Below are positions 53,801 to 64,000 of a stretch of DNA of 64,000 nucleotides, piece by piece. The stretch lies in the NCBI RefSeq assembly GCF_009914755.1, contig NC_060934.1; one strand, given 5' to 3'. The position numbers and the translations under genes were made by a program. Within the stretch, counting starts at the first letter, position 1. Each line of letters begins with the position of its first letter. Source of the stretch: the human T2T-CHM13v2.0 reference genome, Homo sapiens. Under the pieces are notes generated by a model. That model was not told the DNA's origin and made no database searches. It worked only from the letters and a program-made list of their open reading frames with translations.

Positions 53801-56149
53801 TCCCTTCATGGTTTTGCCCAAACCTGGCCTTCCCAGGGTGGCTGCCTTCATCGCTCCCTCCTGGCACCTCTCCCTCCTTCCAGAATCATTAGGCTCATTT
53901 CTGTCTATTTTTAGGTTGTGTCTGCACTCCCAGAGTCTGGGCCATGCCTGGCGTGCATGGCCTGCAGTGGGTGAGGTTGTGATCCGACATCTCTCCCCAG
54001 GTCAACTTTCCACTCTCCAATGGTTCTGCCTGAGTCCATCTCTCAGGTGGGGGTGAGGGTGAGCAGCACCTTGCAGAATCCCTCACATGGCTCCAGAGGT
54101 CACAGCAAGAGGGAGGAGCCATGAGGCCTGGGTTCACACCCTGGACTGGCCACTTCTCGTTATCAGCACCAGCAGGACTCTTGACCCCTCCAAGCCTCGC
54201 TGACACACTGGTGATGATTTGCATGCCCACCCTGGGCCCACTTGTGTCTAGACACCCCTCACCAGGTGGGCAGCTCATCAGCCACATGGGGCCTTGCCCA
54301 GCGAGTCCCACCCATGCAGTGTTTGGTGGGGAAGGAGGAGCACAGGTCCCGCCCAGGAGGCAGGATTCTGGGACTGGGCCTGCCTCTGCCGCCTGGGGGC
54401 CTCTCCTCCACACCTCAGTCCCATCTGGCCTGCAGGCAGGTTCCAGCAAGCTACATTCTCCTTCCTAGGAGGGTGGGGATGTTCTCAGACCCCGTAGTGC
54501 CCTGCGCTTCCCCCGGGCCTCCCCAGGGGGTAGTGACTGCACACAGCGATGGGCAACAACAGGGTCCAGGGTCCCGTCAGCGGTGCCCTCCCCATTCTAA
54601 AGCAGGCCTGGGACTCACATTCTCCAGAGCCAGCCCTGGCCCTGCATTATGCTGCACTGACCATTTTCACATGTGCTGTATAATGTCTGGTTGAGGCCAG
54701 GGGTTCTCCCCTGGGCTCCCACAGGGCTGCATGGCTGTCCCCACTAGCCAGGGAAAGGTGTGTCCCCTAGGACTGACAGACACTCCTCCCACCATCCAGG
54801 CAGCCAGTGCTCTGGCCGAGGCAGACAGCTGCAGCCTGGAGAGGACAGACAGGGCGAGGCAGGGGAAGGCAGCTGCCTGGGCCAGGACATGAGGGCCTCC
54901 AGTGTTACATTTACAGGAGGCTCAGAAAACAACTAGGCTGGGCAGGTTTCCAGTGGGCATCTGGGGTGAACTCCTTCCCCATTCAGGATCTCAGGCGAAA
55001 GCTGCCTCTATACTAGGTGGCTCACAGCTTCGGGGAGGGGTACCCTCATGGAGGTCTGCCTGCTGGAGCCCCCAGAACCCTGCGCCAGTCAACTCTTCAT
55101 TGAAAGATAGGGAGGCGCAGTTTCGTTTAACTCAATTTTGCAGCCTCCATCATCTGAGTGGGTGGGTATGGAGTGTCTCATCTTGAGGTGAGGGATTCTG
55201 TGAGCGGGAGGACCCCATGGCTGGCCTGGCCTCTCAGGAGGCTGAGGTGAGGGGGCTGTGGAAGGTGAAGTCGCCCCTCCTAATATGGCAGCAGGAGGGT
55301 GAAGTCTAGCCTCGGTCACCACTTCCCCTGCCCCATGCCACCTGCCCTCCTCTTTCATGGCCAACCCAGTGCCCCACCTACCTCAGGGCCATCTGCCACT
55401 CTGCGCTTGACACCAGAGGACAAGTGCATTTCCTTGGGGCAAAGCTGCAGGCCACAGCAGGCGGCTGGCCCCTTGGGACGAGGAGAGCAGCTCAGTTTTG
55501 GTGGGCCGAGGGGCACCACCAGCAGGGAGCCTCAGAGAGCCTAGCAGGCTTGGGTGAGCTACTGAGCTGCAGGCTTGCTGGATGGATGCCCCACAGGCCA
55601 GCCCCTAGGAGCAGGACTGCCTCTGTCTCCTCTTTGTGCCACCCACACCCACCATCCACCCACTCAGCACAGCCTCTTCATGCCTGGTGGGCTCTCAGGG
55701 CAGCTCATGTGCTGCCACCTGGGCTGGCCCTCCTGGCAAGCTGGAAGAGCTCACTGGGCACATGGGCCTCCCGACCACCAGGCCCGGGAAGGACAGCTGG
55801 GGGCCAGAGTGGAGAGAAGGCTGCAGCAGGGGCTGATGTGCAGGCCCCAGACTCCCCGGCCAGTGCTCCCCACCCTGCACTGCCTTCACTGGCCTGGGGC
55901 TGGCCCTGGTCTCTGGTTCCCCCATCTCTGGCCCATGCAGCCTGAGCCCAGAGTTGACAACATGACCATCAGTCAGTCCTTCCCTGGACAAACAGACAAA
56001 GCTCCTCATGCCAGCACAACACTTGGTCCCAGGGCTGGCAGCCAGGAGCACAGAGAAGAACCCACAGACACTCACAGTGACCCCAGGAAGACAGATATCC
56101 ATGCAGTGTGGCAGTGCTGTGGGATGCAGGAGCAGGCTGGACCTGAGGT

Positions 56150-56570
56150 TGCATTCTGAGCACCCCAGGGACCAGCTGAGGGCCTGCAAGCACAGCGGGT
56201 AGCCTCTTTTCTGGGGGTAGTAGCAGTGGCCCCTGGGACTTGCAGCTGGGCCCTACCCAGACTCCCCCAGGGCTGTGCAGCAGTCATCCACACTTGCAGC
56301 CTTCTGCAGAAGACTGGAGTGCCAGCATCCAAGGGCCGAGCAGTGCAGGGGCCTGACTCCAACTCCCCTGCCTCAGAGGGAGGCTAGCTGTGGGGTCAGT
56401 TGACACTCCGGAGTCCCCATGGAATCAGGCTAGACTTCCGCTGCAACTGCACTTCTGTCCAGCCTCCTCCTCTCCCTGCATGGTGCTTGTCCTTCCCACA
56501 CAGATGTCTCCTGAGAGCATACCCTCTCTAAACCCCTTCTATCAGAATCCCCAGCCCAGGCACTGAGTCA
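56150..56570 (+). mobile_element. LTR16-like ERVL LTR remnant
   Basis: CTCCGGAGTCCCCATGGAATCAGGCTAGAC...TCTCCTGAGAGCA...AGAATCCCCAGCCCAGGC. Confidence 0.5.
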
Positions 56571-57714
56571 TAGCCCTCACAGGCAGGAACGAGATGAGAG
56601 GGCACAGAACAAGCACTCAGAAGCCAGGTGCCACCGCTGCACGTTCAGGGGCTCAATAGGCCAGAGGAGGGGGGCGTCCTCACCTCCAGGAGGTGGAGGT
56701 GCTCCCCACTGGGGCCATCCAGCTGAGCCCCAAGGTGGGAGTGTGCATTCAGGAGGCACACAGGCAGGGGAAACCACTCACAAAGGCAGGAAGGGGGATG
56801 GCCAGCTCAGGAGCTGGACGGAGGGGCAGGGCGGGGACGGCAGGAAGGCTCGGAGAGATGAAGGGAGGCACCAGAGAACCACACCACCTGCTAACATGCT
56901 CCCTAGAGCACGGGAGCGACCTGGCCTCAACCTCTGCCTCTGCCCCTCTCTGCAGACCCCAGAGGCTCATTGGCAAAATCAGTGTAATGATGCTGGCATC
57001 AAAAAGAGGCACATTAAGTCACATGTCAGTGAAACGCCCAGCGGAGCCCTTGGACAGTAGGCTGGTCAGGGGCCCTCCCAGCATCTGGGTATAAATGCAC
57101 ACACCCAGAATGAATGTGTACACCCAGAGCCCCCAGGCACATGACTGTACACCACACCCAGGCCTGGGCACCGGCAGGGTGGACCGAGGGCACCAGCCTC
57201 CCCACACCTGCTGCTCCCTGCTCCTTCCTCTCCACTCTGCAACCTGGGCCCTGCCTGGCACTGGTGCTGTCCTGGAGATCCCCTCCTGTGTCTTCCCCTG
57301 ACAGCGTCCCCGGTTGCCTCACATAAGACAGCTCTGCACTCGGTGCACCACCGGATGCATCTGGCGTCCTGCCCAGGGCTGAGAACACTGTGCTGCCCTG
57401 GAGTCCAACCCTGGGTGCTATGGCAGGCCAGAGAGCCACTGTGGAACCCTGGTCCCCACGGGCAGGGCCAAGTGGCTCCCCAGACCCAGACCCCACGGAG
57501 AAGCTAGGGTCCGCCCCCCTCTCAGGACCCCAGCAGGCAGACTCCCGTGCCCATAGGAGGCCTGGCCACTGTCCCGCCCCCTCCCACCTTTCCCACTGCG
57601 GGAGCCAAGGAAGGCACCTGGGCGTGGACTTCTCCTGTACAACTGGGCTCTCCAGACGTCAGCAGGCAGCAGGGCATGTAGCCCTCGACGGCCATGATCC
57701 ACAGCGCTCAGCAT

Positions 57715-57960
57715 TCTATTTTTATCATTTAACCCCAAACTTTCTATTCCATTGTTTCTTTGACCCATCATTCAAACATGTGTTTCAAATTTTCTAAATA
57801 TACAACTCTTTTAGAGTTATCTATTTTGTTATCACTTTCTCTCTTAATTGCACTGTAGTCGGAACACTTGGCCCGAATAGCAGCTTCTTTGACATTTGTG
57901 CGGGCATCTCCGAGCCAGCACTGACTGCTCAGCCTGTGCGCACCCACCAGGCTTGGTGGG
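57715..57960 (-). mobile_element. Ancient L1M ORF2 fragment
   Basis: T-rich island with TTTCTTTGACCCAT...TTAATTGCACTGTAGTCGGAACAC antisense ORF2-like motifs. Confidence 0.5.
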
Positions 57961-59191
57961 TGCCTGGTGACCGCAGCTGTGGGTCTCCCCTCCAGGCCCC
58001 ACCCATGTGGGAGCGCCCTCCCCCTCGGCCCCGCCCCCTCTGGGAAGTGGTTCTGGCTGCCGTGGCCTTTCCATGAAGAACAGCTGGGACCCCTGGCCAT
58101 ACTTGCCAGCACAGTTTACTATCAGCCCTCTCCACCACCACCACTCCCCGCAGGGCAGTTGATCTGGCCCAGGTACCTGCAGGTCACCTCACAGCAGGTC
58201 TAACTCACTCCAGCTTGGTCAAGGTAAGCCCAGCTCCCAGAAACACCTAGGCCAGAGGAGGAAGGGGCACGGGGCATAGAAGGCCCTGTCCCCGTAGCGG
58301 GGCTGAGCAGGAAGGGCCCTGCCTGCAATGGACAGTGTGGGCAGGACTTGGGCTCTCCCAGGTGCCACCAATGCTCACCTGGCCTGGCCTCGCCAGTGGG
58401 GGACTCCACTCCTCATCCAGCCACCCACTGCTAACAGCAATAATAAAATGAATAATTGATGCAGCCCCCTGCCTGCTCTGAGTAATTAACTCATGAAAGC
58501 ATCAGGGCACCCCCAGAACTCCCAACCTCATCCAAGCCCCATCCTCCCAGCTGGTCCACTCACCCTGCCTCCAGCCCACCCTTCCTCCCCCAGCTCTGAG
58601 GGCAGAGGCTTGGGTCCTAGCAACTGGGGCCAACCCTCCTCTCCTCAGCCAGCAAAGCCGGGGCTGCCCAGCTCTCACCCAGAGCCTGGCTCGGGGCTGC
58701 ACATTACCTTCATCCAGACCACAGCCCTGGGAGAAGCAGGGCTCACAGGGCATGCTCAGAGCACCGGCCAGAAAAAGCTGGGCACAGAACTAGCCTACAG
58801 AGAAGTCCAGGCAGGAGAAATCTGGACCTTGGAGTCTGCGTCTGTACAGGGACAAAGTGCAGATCCTCATCCTGGGAAGTACCTGGTGCTGTGGCTGGGC
58901 ATGTCTCCCCAGGCCCCAAGGAGGAGGCCTGCCCCAGTGCCCCAGCTGTGGCTGGGGTCCAGGACACACCCGGATGCACTCAAGGCTGCCTGACATTCAC
59001 ATTTGGCGGGTCTGGGTACCAGAGACCTGGAGAGCCCCATGGGCAGAGAGAGTGGGGGAGGGTCCACCAGATTTGGGCAGCCTTGGTGGGGGTGGGGAAA
59101 CAAGCCCTGCTGATAAACCATCAGAACGCGCCCCCTCTCCTCTCCCAGCTCCCGCCAGCCTCCTCCACGGAAGCTACTCTTTGTTAACAGC

Positions 59192-59205
59192 GTTGCCATG
59201 GCAAC
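59192..59205. promoter_or_regulatory. Perfect RFX X-box palindrome GTTGCCATGGCAAC
   Basis: Exact 14-bp match to the palindromic RFX consensus in apparently unique intronic DNA; binding itself is not shown. Confidence 0.7.
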
Positions 59206-62200
59206 CAGATCCAGGGAGAACTCTCTCTTCAAGGTAGAGTCTGAGGGTGACACTTGGAGAAACAGAAGTGGTGGTGACAACAAACAGGGTGCTGGCCTCC
59301 CAGCCCCACCCCCCAGGATTCCTTCCTGGTCCAGGACCCCAGACACCAGCCCCCCAGACTGTCCCAGAGCTCTCAGGTCTGCTTCCCTCTCCTCTCCTCT
59401 CCCTGGCGTGGGTGCAGCAACGTGGCCCAGGCCAGGCACCTCTGCCACACCATGCACGGTGGCTCAGGCACTTCCATGCACCTCCCACGGATGTTCGCTG
59501 AATCTGCCAGCATAGCCACTGTCTCGTGGCTGGGCTCCAACAGGCCTGGTGCAGACTAGACCCCAGGGGATCATAGACAAGTACACCCAAGGCGGCTGCT
59601 GCAGAGCAGCCCCGGGCCCCCTGCACAGCAGGAAAGTTCAGGAAGGCACCCAAGGAAGGCTGGGAGCCTCCTGGCAGGAGGGAGACCCAGCAGAAGCCAT
59701 GCCCTGAGTAGGGGAACAGACTGCTGGGTAAGGAGGCCACTGCAAATGTCCTGGCCAGGGGATGGTGGCCCGGCCCACAGAGGTGGCAGTGAGCAGGGAG
59801 AGGCAGAAGGGGCAGAAGAGAGGTCTAGAGTGGGGTGTGCTAGACTGGCTGACAACTCCAGGCAAAGGGAAGCTGGCAGAGGGGGTGAGGGAGAGCCAGC
59901 TGCCTACCTGCTCAGATGGGGAACCTGGGGCAGGCAAGGTTCAGGGGCGTGATGATGTGCATCGTCACCCGGGAGGCGTCCAGCAGGCTCACACACTGAC
60001 AGAACCCAGAGGACAGGTGGGGGCTGATGAGAGCTGGAACCGGATCAGCACGGAGGAGGGAACAGATGCTGTGGCTGGGTAGAGGGTTTGAGCCCAGGTC
60101 TTGAGGAACAGGGACTTTGAGTGTCCCAGGATGGGAGGAGGAGAACCAGGGGCCGGCCAAGCCCAGGAAATGGGTGTCTGGGAACAAGGCAGTGGACATC
60201 CACGGCCTCTCAAGAAGACATCCCTGGACTGAAGGAGGTGTGTGCAGATTGGCGTGGGTGGGAGTGAGTGGGAAGTGAGGATTCAGAGTGAGCAGAGAAC
60301 ATGTCTTCAAAGTCAGCCCGCACAGGCGACCAGGGTGCGGACGGCTGAGCAAGTTTCGTTGTTTTTAAAAAAGGAAAAGCACCTGTCAACCGGACAGCCA
60401 CATCTTTGCATCCCACGTATGAAGTGCCCACCCTGGGCTGTTCTGTCTAGAGTCCCAGCCCAGGCCTCTCTTCTTCAAGCTGGTGCTGGCCTCTGCTCCC
60501 TGAATTCACAAAGAACCCCACAGCCAGCTCACAAGAGACAAGCAGGTCTCGGAGCCCCTGCTGGCTGCCCTGGGCAGCACAGGCCGGCAGCTCAGCCCCT
60601 ACCCCAGCCCGGGCAGTGCCCAGGGCAGGGCGGGCAACCACAGGTGGGGAGAAGCTTCCCAGAACAGGATCACTGGGTGTCGTCCTGAGTTGTGCCCAAA
60701 GGCACCCATGTGCTTCCTGGGAGGTGCTGCAGCAGAGCCGGGACAACCGGACTACTCTCCCTGCCTGGCTTCCCTCTCCATGGTCCACCGGGCAGGGGTG
60801 GCCACAGCAGCAGTCACACCCCCACCCCGTCCATCACAGCACAGGCCCCGCTTGAGTCCTCACACCTGTCCACTCCTGGCCGGTCACCCCTCACAGCCCT
60901 CTGTCATGGTGCCTGGAGCAGCCTCTACCAGCCTGTCCCAGGTGGTGAGCCCTGAGGCCAGAGCCCCTCTCCCACTCTGAGCAGGCCAGGACCCCGAGGG
61001 GCTTTCGGGCTTCCCTTCACACAGTGCCCGCCAAGCCACTGCTGGCCATACCAGCTGACCTTCCCAAACCCTGCTCCCGGGCTGCTAGCTGGGGAATTCC
61101 TGGTGTCCCAGCGCGCAGGGACATTCTGCATGGGTTCCTGGCAGCTCGCCACTCTGGGCCGGCCCAGAGCCCACTCTCACATACCCACAGCCCCAGGCTC
61201 TGTGCCCAAAAAGTGGCGACAGGGATACACCCAAAAAGTGGGCAGTGAGCCCTCTCTGGACCCCGGCAGGTCAGGCTGACAGCCATAGGGGAGGGCCTCT
61301 GACACCCCCAGCAATCCACCAGTGGGTATCAGAGGCCCTCCTCTATGGCTGTCAGCCCACCAGTGCCACTTCAGTCCCCTCCCTCCGCACATCACACCCT
61401 TGCTAGGTAAACACTCATCCTCCCCAGCAGGGAGTGGGCAGGGGAGGGCAGAGGAGCCGGGAGGCAGGCTGGAGTGGGTGGGAGTTACAGGAGGCAGATT
61501 GGAAGCTCCAACAGAAAAGCAGCCAGAGTGCCGGACCCAAGCAGATGGCCTCAGGAGAAAAAGGGGGAAGGGGAGGGAGGGTCCGTCAAGGGGCAGCAGG
61601 GAGGGGTGGGGGAGAATGCCTTGAGTCTCCTCCCCATCTGCTATCTGCTATGCCCCTGGCACCTACCCCCAGCAGCCCAGCGCCCCTCCCCTGGGGTGGG
61701 CCATGCAGAGAAGAGCATCCCTCCACCAGCCCCTCTCCTGAGGACAGTGGGGGGGCCAAACCCCCTGCCCCCATCCCTGCCTTGGCACAGCACCTTCACT
61801 TGACCTATTTGACAAATAGGGCTTCTGTGAAACCCACGGTTCTATTGCCAAAAACCAAAGGCCAACCAAAGCTGTCCCATCCTGCCCCTGGCATCATTCT
61901 ACAGGTGGGGACCGGCGTGCTCAGGGGCTCCTGGCCACACTGTGTCCCAGTGCCCACTCGCTCTCCTCCCTGGCTGGCCCCTCCCACCGCTGGGGGCCAC
62001 TGTGTGCGTGGCTCTCCCCACCGCAGCCACTGTCCAGCACAAATGCCATTTCTCCCTCCTCCTCCTCCTCCCCTGCCTGCAGTTGCTAAGTTACACCAAA
62101 AAACCCCTCTGCTCTGTGTGAACTGTTCCATTTCCACGATTTGCCAGGTGGAAGGGAGCCATCCGGCTGGCAGCTCGAAGATGCCTCCCAGAGAAAAACA

Positions 62201-62574
62201 AACTCACTGGCTGGCCTTCAGGCCAAGGCACACCTGGGATACCTGCTTGGTTCGCAAACCCAGGGGCATGTGCAGGAGGACACAGCTTCTCTACTTCACT
62301 AGAGAGCCTGGGGGATCCACACAGCTCATGCCCTTCTCAGGAGCAGGGAGTGTGGGCCTGCTGCACCCGCCTCGCTGGGTCACTACCACCCACAGCCCTA
62401 AGGACACACACTGGCTGGAGGGGCAGAGAACCCACCCACGTGTCCCTGGCCATCCAGCCAAGGTCCTCCATGTCCCCCTGCTCCGGATCTCCCCTTCCTG
62501 GGCTGGGGTCCTGAGGTTCCAAAGCAAAGTGTCACTGGACATCAGGGTGGAAATGTCCTCAGAGGTCATCAAAA

Positions 62575-62660
62575 CCGTGTCAGTCTACAGATGGGGAAAC
62601 TGAGTCTCAGAAGCCTGCAGCCTGCCCGTGGTTCACGAATCAAGACCTGTAGCCTTTCGG
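62575..62660 (-). mobile_element. MIR SINE fragment
   Basis: Core TACAGATGGGGAAACTGAGTCTCAGA. Confidence 0.55.
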
Positions 62661-63299
62661 CTGGAGGCCCCCTAGAGCCGCTTAGAGTCCAGGGCACCGA
62701 GGTGGACAGGCTGGGCTGGCAAGACTGCATCCGGAGGGGGCGGGAGAACCCTGGGGGGACAGAGGGAACCAAGGCCTCTGGGAGGCTCCCCTGCACCCAG
62801 CCTGACTCCTGTGTTTCGGGATCCTGCGGCCGACGGCCATCGGGGCCCTTCCTGCGCAGGACAGTGGGAGAAGAGTGGCAGTGGTGGGGAGGGTGAACCA
62901 GGGAGAAGCTCACTGCTCTGAGCAGGGAGGGAGGGAGCCCCGGCCACCACCAGGTCTCTGCCCCCAGGTGGCTCCCAAGAGGCAGGCAGCGGCCTCTCTG
63001 TAAATATCCACCAGGTCCAGCACCCAGAGGCAGCCAGAAATGCAGGGCACAGGAACCTGCCAGCGCGTCCCTCCACACACAGCAGGGGACTCCCGCCCCC
63101 ACCTCTCACTCACCGACCCTCGGACCAGAACCAGCTGCACCTGCCCCGTTCCTGGGGCCGGCAAGGCCTGGGGCAAAGAGAGCGTGGTCCTTCAAATGAC
63201 CCTTGCCCAGCAGGGAGAGGGAGACACCTGGCATGGCCCTGGACCTCTCCCCCAAATGCAGAGCTCAAGCCCCAATTCCTCGCCAAACAGCAAGGGCGT

Positions 63300-64000
63300 G
63301 AGATACCACGGCGGGGCCCAGAATGCAGAAGAGCAAATGGAAACTTCCAACTGCGCAGCCCTGAGCTCCTCCGATTCCCCAGCCCCCACCCCCACGCCAG
63401 GCCCCGGGCTGCGAACCTGCCCGCAGTGCCCACGCCCGCCCGCCGCGTGCGCTCCTGCCACGCCCGGCCCGGCCCGGCCCGGCCCGCCAGGTGCCCTGAA
63501 GGGGCGGAGGGTGCAGGGGGTCCTGGCGCCGTCCAGCCCGGGGCGGAGTTCTCAGCAACTCCGCGCGCCGGGATCCCGGCCGCCCTCCCCGCGCGCGTCC
63601 CCCGCCCCGCGCCCGGAGCCCGCGCCCCGGCCCCACGACGGCCGCGCCGGGAGGGACCCCGGGCCCGCGCACGCCGCGCCCTGCCCGCGCCGGCGACCGG
63701 AGGGCACGGCCCCAGGCGCGGGCGGGGGCCCCGAGGCACTGAGGGTCCGCGGCCGCTGCCTACCTCGGTCCGGGCCAGCGTCGCTCCCGCGCCGCCCTCG
63801 CGCCGCAGTCGGGCCCCGAGCAGCGCGCGGCCGGCGCCGGCGGCGGCTCATGCTCGGCGCCCGGGCCCGCGGCACCCGCCCACCCGCGGCCGCCCCCGCG
63901 CTGCGCCAGCTGCGGGCAGAGCAGCTCCCTCCGCAGCCGGCGCCGGGGAGCGCGAGCGAGCGAGCGAACGAGCGAGCGCGGAGCGAGCGCCGAGCGGGCA
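63300..64000. promoter_or_regulatory. CpG island / distal promoter region of RASGEF1A
   Basis: Very high GC and CpG density, GC-box-like motifs, (GCCCG)5 at 63462-63486, (GAGC)n at 63948-63996, contains a first-exon donor. Confidence 0.9.
63764..64000 (-). other. RASGEF1A: RASGEF1A distal first exon (5' UTR); TSS not defined, may lie inside this interval or beyond the window
   Basis: Donor GACCGAG|GTAGGC (GT at 63763-63762) within a dense CpG island. Would give a 60,716-nt first intron (3048-63763). Confidence 0.75.

Noticed and set aside
61434-62603. 389-aa plus-strand ORF
   Set aside because: GC-rich intronic DNA, non-ATG start, Pro-rich without a domain, and ends in a MIR fragment.

Overview
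Hominid genomic DNA (human or great ape; a full-length SVA is present), GC-rich. The window covers the 5' part of RASGEF1A (RasGEF domain family member 1A) on the minus strand. It contains a distal first exon in a CpG island at the right edge (donor after 63764), a second CpG island with an alternative coding first exon (26563-26580, MFLEPQ), the start-codon exon (2844-3047) and the next coding exon (223-345). The rest is intron with Alu, L1, L2, MIR, LTR, Tigger/MER5 and SVA elements plus several minisatellites. Almost all ORFs in the supplied track look like artefacts of GC-rich or repetitive DNA. I see no new multi-gene system. The most notable sequence-level observations are: (1) splicing of the distal first exon creates a 47-codon Arg-rich out-of-frame upstream ORF overlapping the main start, whereas the proximal first exon gives an in-frame N-terminal extension, so promoter choice may switch translation; (2) a 29-nt tailless 5S rRNA retrocopy with an exact 18-bp target-site duplication hidden inside an old L1; (3) nested retroelements (old L1 > L1MB > 5S/AluY/SVA/chimeric Alu); (4) a perfect palindromic RFX X-box with several near-matches along the intron. 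Gene and repeat-family names come from recognition, not database searches, and boundaries of old repeats are approximate.
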